A stretch of DNA of 64,000 nucleotides from an uncultured Chloroflexia bacterium (GTDB lineage Bacteria > Chloroflexota > Anaerolineae > JAAYZQ01): the NCBI GenBank assembly GCA_963700285.1, contig CAVOXA010000010.1, positions 1,248,001-1,312,000 of the forward strand. Direction: 5' to 3'. This document shows positions 10,201 through 20,000 of the stretch, piece after piece (within the stretch, counting starts at the first letter, position 1; each line of letters starts with the position of its first letter). The notes under the pieces were generated by a model that did not search any database, was not told where the DNA came from, and saw only the letters and a list, made by a program, of their open reading frames with translations. Made by a program: the position numbers and the translations under genes.

Positions 10201-12155
10201 CGACGTGGACGCCCGCCTGCAGTACCTGGCCGACGGCAGCCGGGCCCGCACGCCCGAGGAACTGGCCACCATCTTTCTGGCCCTGGGTGACCTGTCGGCC
10301 GAGGAGGCGGCCGCCCGCAGCGACGGCGATGGCGCGGCCTGGGTCGAGGACCTGGCAGCCGAGGGCCGCCTCGCTGCCTCTGGATCTAGCCGGCGACCGC
10401 CGCTACGTCCTGCCGGAGCAGGCGGACGCCTACCGGGCAGCCTTTGGCCCCGCGTCGCCCGAAGGCATGGTGTCAGACGAATCCCGCCGGGCCATCCTGC
10501 GCCGCGTCCTGAGCACCCACGGCCCGCTGACCCGCGGCTGGCTCCTGGCCCGCTATCCCTGGCCGCCCGAGTGGCTCGACGCCGCCCTGGAGGCCCTCGT
10601 CGAAAACGGCGAGGTCGTGACCGGCCAAATCACGCCCAGAGATCCGTCCGGTCCCCAAATTGCCGGCACAGTGGCGAACGAAGCTGAAGCAGTCCGAGCC
10701 CGGATCCCCGGCCCCCAGAATATTGCGACCGCCGCAACCTGGAGCGCATCCACCGCCAGACACTGGCACTGCTGCGCAAAGAGGTCGAGCCGGTGTCCAT
10801 CTATGCCTACGCCGATTTCCTGGCCCGCTGGCAGCACCTCCATCCCGCCGAGCGGCTGTCCGGGCCCGGGGCACTGGTCCGCCTGCTGCAGCAGATGCGC
10901 GGCGTGCCAGCCCCAGGGCTCATCTGGGAGCGGGACCTGCTGCCCTTGCGCCTGGAGGCCTTTGACGCCAGGCGAGCTGGAGGATCTGTGCGGGCAAGGC
11001 GACGTGGTCTGGGTCGGCTCCGGAGGCAAGGACCCGCGACGGGCCCGGGTACGTTTTCTCTTCCGCGGCGAGGGCAACCTGTTTCTGCCTGCCGAGCCGG
11101 ATGAACCCGATCTATCGCCCCCCGCCGCCCAGGTGCTGGCCTTCCTCAGGTCGGAGGGGGCCTGTTTCTTTGCCGACCTGGAAGCGGGGACCGACCTGTC
11201 TAGCAACGAGCTTGAGCGCGGCCCTGGTCGAGCTGGTCATGGCTAGCCTGGTGACCAACGACTCGCTCCAGGCGCTGCGGCAGGTACTGGCCTGGAGCGA
11301 GCTGAGGAGCTTGCGCCCGGCGCAAGCCCCTCAGCTCGCTGGAGGCCGAGCTGTCCGCCTGGCGCAAGACCTCGCCACCCGTTTTGGGAGCGCGCGACCC
11401 GCCCCAGCCGGGCGCGGATCTGCAGCGCGCCCAGCGCACCGCCGGCCGCCGCGTGGAACGGGCGACGGCGCCCCGCTGGCCCGGTCGCTGGAGCCTGGTG
11501 CACCGCATCGGCGTCTGGGGCAGGGAAGTGCCCTTCGAGGAGCGGATCGAGCGCCAGGCGCGGCAGTTGCTGCAGTGCTACGGCATCGTCACCCGGCAGA
11601 GCCTGGAGGGCGACCCCGAGGGCGGGCTGGGATTGGCGCGCGCTCTACCCCCAGTTCCAGTTGATGGAGATGCGGGGCGAGGTACGGCGCGGCTACTTTG
11701 TGCAGGGCCTGCCCGGCGTGCAGTTCGCCCTGCCCGAGGCGGTGGAGCGCCTGCGCGACTGGACTCGCCCCGATGCGGCGGATATCGAGGAACTCGTGCT
11801 GCTCAACGCCAGCGATCCGGCCAACCTCTTTGGCCCGGCCCTGCCGGGCGAGCCGGAGGTGGAGCACGACCCGGCCCGCTTCCTGCGCATCCCGGGCAAC
11901 TATGTCGTGCTGCTCCGCGGCCGGCCGGTGCTGCTGCTGGAAACCGGCGGCGAGCGGCTGACGGTGCTGCCTGGCCATGCGGGCGGCGCGCTCAAGCAGG
12001 CGCTCAAGGTGGCCGTCGAGCACGCGGGCCGCTGGCAGCGGCGCCTGACCCTGAGCGAGTGGAACGGCCAGCCGATCCTGGAGAACCCCCTGGCCCCGCT
12101 GTTGGAAGAAGTGGGCTTCCGCCGCGAGGCACTGGTCTATGTCTGGGATGGATGA
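7285..12155 (+). CDS. lhr: Lhr ATP-dependent DEAD/DEAH helicase, long form with C-terminal winged-helix/glycosylase-like region (multiple frameshifts)
   Basis: [103 protein letters not shown] across shifting frames. Confidence 0.92.
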
Positions 12156-12184
12156 GGGGGATTGGTCGTTCGCCACAGAACAGC

Positions 12185-12213
12185 TTGCATTTGTGCCCAG
12201 GGTGTGCTATACT
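12185..12213 (+). promoter_or_regulatory. tRNA promoter
   Basis: TTGCAT-N17-TATACT 19 nt upstream of the tRNA. Confidence 0.6.
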
Positions 12214-12231
12214 GGCCCTAGTTCAGCCCAT

Positions 12232-12304
12232 GGTGGATGTAGCTCAAAGGCAGAGCACCGGTCTGTGGAACCGGTGGTTGCGGGTTCAACCCCCGTCATC
12301 CACC
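12232..12304 (+). tRNA. tRNA-His (GTG)
   Basis: Acceptor GTGGATG/CATCCAC with G-1 and C discriminator; anticodon stem CCGGT/ACCGG, loop CTGTGGA; T-arm GGTTCAAC. Confidence 0.97.
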
Positions 12305-12314
12305 CAGTGGACAT

Positions 12315-12351
12315 AAACAGGGAGGGGTTACTAACTGCCTCTCCCTGTTTT
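12315..12351. terminator. bidirectional terminator between tRNA-His and abiEii
   Basis: AAACAGGGAGGGG...CCTCTCCCTGTTTT hairpin. Confidence 0.75.
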
Positions 12352-12372
12352 GATTTGTCTGCGCTCTGGTCT

Positions 12373-13177
12373 CTAGTCGAGGACGTGCTTCAGGTTCTCC
12401 GCTGTCAAGAGTCCCGCGTCCCCACTCGAGTCCAGAAATGGCCGTACATCGTCCACGACTTGCTCCCAGGCGACAGCTTGAAGCCGACGGCTGCACGGTC
12501 TGTCGCCAGTTGTCCTCTGTCAACGGTTCGGCTTCCCAGCCTGTCTGTCGCAAGGCATTGTTCAGCAAGGTCAGGTTGGGTGCCGGCCAACCGGGATCGC
12601 TCAGATACCACAACAGGTCGTAGAGGTCGCGCCCCTTGAGATAAGGACGCTGCAAGACGGCGTGCAGTTTGCCTGCCAGAAGCGATGCCCGGTCGTGGTG
12701 ATGAAGCTGCAAGGGTACATGACGGCGGATGACGGTCGTTGCCAGTCCTGCCCCGGCCGGCGGATTGGTGTCCACTTCGATCTTGACGGCCAGCACCTCG
12801 TCCCGGTGAGGCGAAAGCTCCAGCTCGTAGAGCAAGCCGCGAAAGCGGACAAAGGCACTGTGCACTGTTTTCTGATCGCTGACCTTCAGGTCGAGGGTGT
12901 AGCCTTCGGCGGTGAACGTGGATTGGATGGCGCGTAGATAGGCACGAAAGTCATACTGAGATTGGCCTTGCTCCAGGGCAAAGTCCAGGTCTTCCGAGTA
13001 GCGAGCGCTGGCATAGAGGAAACGGAGGGCCGTTCCGCCATGAAAGGCCAGAGGGATCATGGCGCCAGCACGTTGGAGTGTGCCCAGGATTCTGGCCTGC
13101 AAGTATTCCCGAGCCAGGTTTCGTCCGTGGATGGGAGTAGGAGCAGTACGGACAAGGGTAATCAGGTATTCTTTCAT
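12373..13177 (-). CDS. abiEii: AbiEii/AbiGii-family nucleotidyltransferase toxin (type IV TA); one frameshift near the C-terminus
   Basis: REYLQARIL, FHGGTALRFLY..RYSEDLDF, KIEVD, GKLHAVLQR..KGRDLYDL; alternate frame finishes ...VDDVRPFLD...ENLKHVLD*. Confidence 0.9.
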
Positions 13178-13811
13178 AGGGTTTCGTACGCCCTTTCGGC
13201 TGCGCCAGTTTGATGACAAAGGCTGCTGCCCGTCTCAGTTTCTGGCTTGACGCCAGTTCAGCTTGATGCTGCAACTCTTCCAGGTCAAGTCGCTCCATAC
13301 CTTGCAGGCGTAACTCTTGCAGGTATTCGGCGGAATCCCCACCTGGCTGCAGGTGGACCAGATCCAACAATGCCTTTTCCGGTGTGGCCACAAATGCCTG
13401 CTGGTTGCCCCCCAGGTCGACCAACCGGTACCCAACGAACCACTCGGTCTTGATGTGTCGAAACGTGTAGACACCCAACGGCGTCTGCCATTGACCGGGC
13501 CGGCCGGTGGTGATGCTGGTCGTCACAGGCACGACATCTGGAATCAGTCCATAGTACCCGAGTGCCGATTGCAGGCTGACGTAGGAACTACGCATCATGC
13601 GGTTGGCTACGACAAAGGGATGGGGCTTGACCTTCTGGAAGGGTGGGGCCAGGGCGTATAGGCCCCGGCGCAGTTGGTAGAGACGCCCGGCTTTGGTCCA
13701 GCGGGACAACTGGCGGCGCACATCTTTCGAGTCTACTGCACCCGCCAGCAGCAGCCCGGTCTCGAAAACCGGCTCATCGCCGACGATGTCAAGCAAATGT
13801 GTGAATTCCAT
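13174..13811 (-). CDS. abiEi: AbiEi-family antitoxin/transcriptional regulator
   Basis: QLSRWTKAGRLYQLRRGLY, SYVSLQSALGYYGLIP, ATPEKALLD; likely ATGA overlap with toxin after a 1-nt shift. Confidence 0.88.
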
Positions 13812-13817
13812 GCGCAT

Positions 13818-13846
13818 ATTATACCATGAATGGCATATTACTGCAA
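13818..13846 (-). promoter_or_regulatory. abiE promoter with overlapping imperfect inverted repeat (putative autorepression operator), leaderless
   Basis: Minus strand TTGCAG-N17-TATAAT, ATG 6 nt downstream; ATATGCCA..TGGTATA dyad in the spacer. Confidence 0.6.
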
Positions 13847-13882
13847 CAGAACGTCGATGCTGTCTGTAGCGTGGTGCCATTG

Positions 13883-13919
13883 TTTTGGTAACCGGGGGTC
13901 TAACCCCCGTCATCCACCC
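13883..13919 (+). repeat. attR-like copy 1 of tRNA-His 3' end with shared upstream TTGGTAAC motif
   Basis: TTTTGGTAACCGGGGGTCTAACCCCCGTCATCCACCC versus tRNA GGGTTCAACCCCCGTCATCCACCC. Confidence 0.88.
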
Positions 13920-13947
13920 TGTGCGCAACAAAGCGGAGTCACCCCTT

Positions 13948-13980
13948 GAGGGCCTCGTCAGCGGCGAGGCTCTTTTCTTT
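13948..13980 (+). terminator. terminator hairpin following att copy 1
   Basis: GAGGGCCTCG-loop-CGAGGCTC TTTTCTTT. Confidence 0.7.
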
Positions 13981-14049
13981 CTTGCCTCTCTCCACAATCT
14001 TACTATTGATTGTACTGACTGGACAGTGAGACCAACTGACTGCCGATGT

Positions 14050-14086
14050 GACCCCGGTCCTCAGAGATCAGGGCTGGGGTCTTTTT
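14050..14086 (+). terminator. terminator-like hairpin
   Basis: GACCCCGGTCCT-loop-AGGGCTGGGGTC TTTTT. Confidence 0.55.
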
Positions 14087-14291
14087 GCGTTTCTTGGCTT
14101 CTTTATGGAATGGGTATATAATAAACGAGACAAGATACGAGCACCGATTTGCATCCAACTGCTGCGGGCCGCCCCCAACCGATTGTAGACAGTTCGGCCC
14201 GTTGTGGGTCGGGCGCGTGCGGTGCGAGTGGTGGAGCGGTGGGGCGAAAACGGTAACAGGAGACAGGGATCCTGGCAAAGACAACCTGCCC

Positions 14292-14474
14292 ATGTGGCGC
14301 GACCCCGGATTCTGGACCGCACGAGGCTGCGTCATGACCGGCGGCGCGTTTCTGTCGGTGTTGGGCATTGCGGCGGCAGTGTACTAGGCCATAGAGGGGT
14401 ACACCGAAGGGCGGCTGCTGGTGATCGCGATCCTGCTGGCGACGGTCCTGCTTGTGGTGGCCACGAAAGGGTGA
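14292..14474 (+). pseudogene. small two-TM membrane protein interrupted by in-frame TAG
   Basis: MWRDPGFW...FLSVLGIAAAVY*AIEGYTEGRLLVIAILLATVLLVVATKG*; hydrophobic helices either side of the stop at 14385-14387. Confidence 0.4.
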
Positions 14475-14559
14475 CTATTTTGCGCAATCAACCCGGTGTC
14501 CGAAGGCGCGGAGGGTCGGAATGGGCGACGTAGCACACTGACGACTCAAGGGGGCTACT

Positions 14560-15471
14560 ATGAGGAACCTGCTAACAGTGGCAATGATTGCTCTGGCGAG
14601 TCTCGTGGTTTTGATCATGGCATGTATCTGTATGTACTTGGCCTTTGGCAGGGATCTTGTTGAATGGCCGTCGACCAGTTCAACCGGCGTCCCTGCAACC
14701 TCCACACCCAATCCCACCAACACCCCAGTAGCTGTCCCATCCACCGCCAGCGCCGGCGACATCTGGATCCGCCCTGCTGACGGCGCGGTGATGGTTTACG
14801 TTCCAGCCGGTGAGTTTCTGATGGGCAGCCCTGATGATGACCCTGACGCCGCTGACGACGAAAAGCCTCAGCACACCGTCTACCTGGATGCCTTCTGGAT
14901 CGACAGGACCGAAGTGACCAACGCCCAATACCGCCAGTGTGTGGAGTGGGGAGCTTGCTGGGAGCCGCGATACTGGGACGATGACAGTCTGCACGCCCCG
15001 GATGAGCCAGTGCTGTGGGTGAGCTGGAATGATGCGGAATCCTACGCGCAGTGGGTTGGGGGCCGGTTGCCCACGGAGGCCGAATGGGAGAAGGCAGCAC
15101 GGGGCACAGATGGGCGTAGCTATCCGTGGGGGAACAGCCCGCCAGCTTGCTCCAAGGCCAACTATGCGGGTTGTGCGGGTAGCCCGCTCCCTGTAGGCTC
15201 CCATCCTGAGGGAGCCAGCCCCTACGGAGCGCTGGAGATGGCGGGCAATGCACGGGAGTGGGTGGCCGATTGGTATGATGAGGACTATTACGGCCGTTCT
15301 GTTTTCCGCAATCCCAATGGACCGGATTCCGGCACCTTCCGGGTGTTGCGTGGCGGTTCGTACCTCCATGATCAGTCTGTCGGCCGCTGCGCCTATCGCG
15401 ATGGGGGCTATCCTATCAGTAGGAACGGGATCGCCGGGTTTCGGGTGGTGGTGGCCCCTGGCGACCACTGA
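14560..15471 (+). CDS. membrane-anchored FGE-sulfatase (SUMF1/CLec fold) domain protein
   Basis: N-terminal TM, P/T linker, VPAGEFLMGS, DEKPQHTVYLDAFWIDRTEVTN, RLPTEAEWEKAARG, MAGNAREWV, GFRVV. Confidence 0.93.
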   Translation: MRNLLTVAMIALASLVVLIMACICMYLAFGRDLVEWPSTSSTGVPATSTPNPTNTPVAVPSTASAGDIWIRPADGAVMVYVPAGEFLMGSPDDDPDAADDEKPQHTVYLDAFWIDRTEVTNAQYRQCVEWGACWEPRYWDDDSLHAPDEPVLWVSWNDAESYAQWVGGRLPTEAEWEKAARGTDGRSYPWGNSPPACSKANYAGCAGSPLPVGSHPEGASPYGALEMAGNAREWVADWYDEDYYGRSVFRNPNGPDSGTFRVLRGGSYLHDQSVGRCAYRDGGYPISRNGIAGFRVVVAPGDH

Positions 15472-15541
15472 TCCCTTCGGCTTTGCTCAGGGCAGGCTCT
15501 GTCCCTCTGGTCCCTTCGGCCTTGCTCAGGGCAGGCTCTGG
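15472..15541 (+). repeat. two tandem REP-like units CCCTTCGGCYTTGCTCAGGGCAGGCTCT
   Basis: Direct duplication immediately after the FGE stop; inverted copy at 17879-17905. Confidence 0.75.
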
Positions 15542-15761
15542 ATTCCTGATCCGCTGGGCACTCGGTGACGGGTAGCGGACTCACTGGGCTGCTGAGTGCT
15601 GCCAGAGGACGAGCAAGCGATATGAGGATTTACAACGAGCCAGTATGTGGTACTCGGAGGCATTGTAGCGAGGATTGGGAATCACGCAAGCAAGGGAGAT
15701 CAGTCGCCTTGGGAGCAAGCCTGGCGGGTGATCGGTCTCTTGTTTACCGGGGAGGAAACAA

Positions 15762-17320
15762 ATGAGCTACTCAGAGACCCATTTCGTCAAGCAGTACGAG
15801 CCGGGTAGCCAGGCTCGTGTGGAACTGGCAAACGCCCGGATCGTGGACGTGGTTAACGGCCGCTACTATGATACAGGAACGAGCATTATTCTGCAAGGTG
15901 GCAAAAGATCGCGTCCATGCCGGGCCTTGCGGGCGCGCCCCGAGTCCCGGTCGACTTTACGATTGACCTGAAGGGCAAGACCGTACTTCCCAGTCTGTAC
16001 AACACCCACGTTCACCTGCCGGGGACTGGGGCTACGATGGTTCCTGGCCTGCGTGACATGTTGCGTGCGAAAAGACACAGTGAGGAGCAGCTCGTCAAGG
16101 ATCTGGCTGACTGCCTGACCCATGGTGTCACCAACGTCAGGCACGCCGGGTTTGTCGCGGATCTGCGCGCGAATTGGACGCTCAAGGAACGGATCAAGAC
16201 GGGCGAACTGCCGGGCCCGCGCATCTTGCAGGCCGTTGTTGTGGGCCCCACGGGTTCCTATATGCAGGAGAAGCTACCCGCGTGGATGAAGCTTATGGGG
16301 GGTATGCCCCAGGTCGATCCCTCACAAGACTATGCCGGCGCTGTGGCCTTCCCCATAGACGCGCCGGAAGACCAAGTCAGGGATGCCGTTGACATCGCCA
16401 TTGATGAGCGCGGCGCGGAGGTGATCAAGATCGGGGACGATCCCTTCAGCATGATAGGTGGCAAGCCTGTACCGGTGATGAGCATCGAACAGCTCGGCAT
16501 CCTGGCCGATCAGGCGCGCTACCGGGGCGTGCAGTCCACGATGCACCACTCATCCGTCGAGTCCTTTCGGCGCGGGGTAAAGGCCGGCGTGTCATCACTG
16601 GAGCACGTTCCCTGGGATGCCCCGCTCACCCGACAGGATGTAGAGGCTTTCAAGGCATCGGGGTGTCTCAATGATCCGACAATCTCTGCATTCTACGCAA
16701 TCTTTTCCTGGAAGTTGGCGGGAGCTCGTTCGAACGACCATCCGGAGCTCGACAGGTTGACGGCCTTCAGGGACAGGACCTATACCTTTGCGACCATTGC
16801 CGATGAATACTATGTCCCGGAATTGAGGGCCAGCGTGATGAATGGCTACAGGCGGTGCGCCAGCGGCAAACCCAAATCGATGGGCCTCATCGATATGTCC
16901 GGGATGTTTGCTTGGGACACCAAAACGGCCACCGCATTCGAGAACTTTTGTCTGCTCTACAAACATGGCGTTCCTATGGCGACAGGAAACGATACCAAGC
17001 CTCCATGTACACCGGCTATGGTGGGGCTTGAGCTGCGTATGTTTGATCACGTCTTGGAGGGGGATGCGGACAAGGTGCAGTTCAGCGGTGCCGACGCAGT
17101 CAAGATCGCCACCATCAACAGCGCCCGCTCCCTCGGACTGGAGGAGGAGTTCGGCTCGATCGAAAGCGGCAAAACAGCCGACCTGGTGATCCTGGACGGC
17201 GACCCGCTGGATGATTTCCGCGTGATCGGCAGCCGGGTGGCCGCTCTGTTCATGGATGGCAAGCTGGTCATAAACAACTGCGGCCTCGAGGTGGAATCCA
17301 ACGACAAAGCGCAAGGCTGA
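15762..17320 (+). CDS. amidohydrolase-family protein (frameshift near 15905)
   Basis: NARIVDVVNG; IDLKGKTVLPSLYNTHVH; SLEH; ATINSARSLG..GSIESGKTADLVILDGDP. Confidence 0.88.
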
Positions 17321-17474
17321 TATGAGTATCGGCAGCAAATTCAACTGCTCCACGCGCATTTTGGTTGCTTACTTGGCGAAGGTATCACCCCGCAACCGCG
17401 CAGCGGGTGAAGCCAGCCGTTGGACGGCAAAGAAATGTAGTGGTTCGTTCAAAGTCGGAAGGGAGCTTCTCAAA

Positions 17475-17807
17475 ATGGGAGAGCCTACGAAAACGAATAC
17501 TGAACAACCCAAACGCCGCACCGGCCTGTTGATCTGGCTGATCGTCTCGCAATTGCTGGCCGTAGGCTCGCTCTGGTTCTGGGTCGTTTTTGCAGGACTA
17601 TCCGTGATGGCTTTCGACGAAGGCGGAAGCCCTACAGCTTGGGCAATTGTGATCGGCGCTTGGGCTTATCCGCTATTCCCGTTGACCATGGCCATCAGCG
17701 CATGGCTCGCCTTTGCCTTGCGCAAGAACCGGCTGGCAGCCGTGCTCACAGGGCTGACCTTCGCGCCGGCTTGGCTTTTTATTTTGGCTATGATGATCGG
17801 GCCGTGA
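17475..17807 (+). CDS. small integral membrane protein (about 3 TM)
   Basis: Hydrophobic helices, GGGAG RBS before ATG at 17475. Confidence 0.7.
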   Translation: MGEPTKTNTEQPKRRTGLLIWLIVSQLLAVGSLWFWVVFAGLSVMAFDEGGSPTAWAIVIGAWAYPLFPLTMAISAWLAFALRKNRLAAVLTGLTFAPAWLFILAMMIGP

Positions 17808-17878
17808 TTTGGATTCAACACCCCGACATGAGACGGGCGTGACACTCGCCAGATCCTACTTCTCTGAGGCATAGTCAT

Positions 17879-17905
17879 CCCTGAGCAAGGCCGAAGGGAC
17901 CAGAG
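17879..17905 (-). repeat. 27-bp inverted copy of 15505-15531 (REP-like)
   Basis: CTCTGGTCCCTTCGGCCTTGCTCAGGG identical on opposite strands. Confidence 0.8.
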
Positions 17906-17914
17906 TGTCAGTGA

Positions 17915-18664
17915 TCAGAGGTCACCGGGATCCACCACCACCCGAAACCCAGTGTAGGTGACATGGAGGTTCGGATAGCTCCCGTCGCGGAAGGCGCAGC
18001 GCACGTCGCGTAAGGCGCAGCGCACGTCCCCCAGATTGAGGCTGAGCGCCCCGTCTCGCACCACACGATAATCCCCAGACTCTGGTCCCTGGGGGTTCCG
18101 GAATGGAGACCGGGAATAGTAATCATCGTCATACCAGTCGGCCACCCACTCCCTGATATTTGCTGCCATGTCCAACGCGCCGTGTGGGCTGGCTCCGCCA
18201 GTCCCCCGCGCCGCCTTCTCCCACTCCGCTTCCGTCGGCAGCCGGCCGCCAACCCAGGCGGCATAGGCCCTGGCCTCCTCCCAGCTCACGCCCACCACCG
18301 GCTTGTCAGGAGCGTTGTAGACCTCATCACCCCAGTAGCGCGGCTCGTTACAGGCCCCCGCCTCCATGCACTTGCGATACTGGTCGTTGGTCACCTCCGT
18401 TCTATCTATCCAGAAAGCATCCAGATAGACGGCGTGCTGGGGTTTTTCGTCCTGGCCGGCATCTGGATCATCATCGGCGCTGCCCATCCGAAACTCACCA
18501 GCCGGCACATAGAACATCACTGCGCCGTCCTTGGAGCGGGTCAAGGGTTCATCAGCGACAGGTTCGTCCTTGGGGCGGGTCAAGGGTTCATCAGCGACAG
18601 GTTCGCCATTGCAGCCAACCAAGTGAAAGCACAACACGAAAACGAGACCCAAATATCGCTTCAC
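17915..18664 (-). CDS. FGE-sulfatase domain lipoprotein with internal duplications and a deletion
   Basis: LVGC lipobox; DEKPQHAVYLDAFWIDRTEVTN; RLPTEAEWEKAARG; GFRVV; lacks the YPWG segment present in the paralog. Confidence 0.85.
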   Translation of the reverse strand: MKRYLGLVFVLCFHLVGCNGEPVADEPLTRPKDEPVADEPLTRSKDGAVMFYVPAGEFRMGSADDDPDAGQDEKPQHAVYLDAFWIDRTEVTNDQYRKCMEAGACNEPRYWGDEVYNAPDKPVVGVSWEEARAYAAWVGGRLPTEAEWEKAARGTGGASPHGALDMAANIREWVADWYDDDYYSRSPFRNPQGPESGDYRVVRDGALSLNLGDVRCALRDVRCAFRDGSYPNLHVTYTGFRVVVDPGDL

Positions 18665-19131
18665 CTGTCCCCTCCTTCGTGAGTGGCGATTCCGCTCACC
18701 GCCGCCCGGGTTGTGTTATGGCATTTGTGCTGCCATAAGGATTCTAACATTGATTGGCGGAAGTGGCAAAGGGGGATGAACGCGCACAGTTCTCGAGAGG
18801 AGGATGGCATCCCTTCGACGAGATCCCCTCGGCTTGGCTCGGGACAGACAGGACAGGAGCGAACACTTTGGCAATGCTCAGTGCAGGCCTGGTCGAGCGG
18901 TTTTCTGCCAGTAGGTGCCATCGTGTCGCTCCAGAACGTATTGCCTTCTTGTGAACTCTGTAGTACAATGTGCCTGCCTGGCAACCACAACAAGATCCCG
19001 CAGAAGAGATGTAATGAGGGTTTTCACTCCAAGAATCCACCATTGTCCTGCAAAGCCCCCAAAAGCCATTGGCTTTAAGGGTTTTTCTAGCCGCGAGTAA
19101 GCGGAATCGGGACGAACCAGGAGGGAATACC

Positions 19132-19704
19132 ATGCTAACCAACCGTATCATTGGCGCGTTCACGTTCCGCAAGGGCGTGTACGCCGAGGTTGAGAAAGAC
19201 ACGTCATTCACCACAACCGCCTGGGTTCTGGTGGTCGTGGTCGCATTCCTCAACCGACTCGGCTCATTCTCACCTTCTATCGACTGGCTGATCGGCGCCA
19301 TCGTGAGCACGATCTTTTCCATCCTCGGCTTCGCCGTGGGTGTCCTGGTCATCAACTGGCTGGGGCGCACCGTCTTTAACGCCGACGTCAGTTTCGATGA
19401 ACTGATCCGGACGCTGGGTCTGGCCTACGTCTGGCAGGTGATCGGCGTCCTGGGTATCCTGGCCGCCTTCTCCGAAGCTCTGTCCTGCGTGTTGGCTCCG
19501 GTCCAGATCATTGCCATGATCTTGATGATCATCGCCTGGTTCATCGCAGCCAGGGAGGCACTGGACCTGGAGTGGGTGCAGACCATCGTCACGGTCATCC
19601 TGGGCTGGCTGGCCCAGTTCGTGATCACCACATTCATCACCGGCCTGGTGCTGGGCCTATTTGAGCTGGGCGCTGCTGCGATGGGAGGACTGTTTGGCTC
19701 TTAG
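19132..19704 (+). CDS. Yip1-domain membrane protein
   Basis: MLTNRIIGAFTFRKGVYAEVE..., about 5 TM helices, ELIRTLGLAY; GGAGGG RBS. Confidence 0.75.
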   Translation: MLTNRIIGAFTFRKGVYAEVEKDTSFTTTAWVLVVVVAFLNRLGSFSPSIDWLIGAIVSTIFSILGFAVGVLVINWLGRTVFNADVSFDELIRTLGLAYVWQVIGVLGILAAFSEALSCVLAPVQIIAMILMIIAWFIAAREALDLEWVQTIVTVILGWLAQFVITTFITGLVLGLFELGAAAMGGLFGS

Positions 19705-20000
19705 AAGGTGAAGGAATAGCAACCACGCGACGGTACGTCCCAATCGAGGATGGACGCATGGCCTATATCAGAAGCGATGGGGTCCGCTGACGAAGCACTG
19801 AGCTATGCTCTGGTGGCCACTGGCTACTCGGCCAAGTATGCTCCCGAGGACTATCGGCTTGCAGTCTCGGACATTTGCGACCCGGGGCCTGAGCACTATG
19901 ATTATTACACCTATGCTCTTGAGGGTACACACGTGGCCGAGGTCGCAAATGGTTATCACATCAACCTGTCACAAGAAAGCAGAAGGAGACTGATTCCAGA

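Larger units (their letters stand above)
12309..13919. mobile_element. cassette 1 integrated at tRNA-His (AbiE TA only, no integrase)
   Basis: Bounded by the tRNA 3' end and its direct-repeat copy. Confidence 0.6.
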
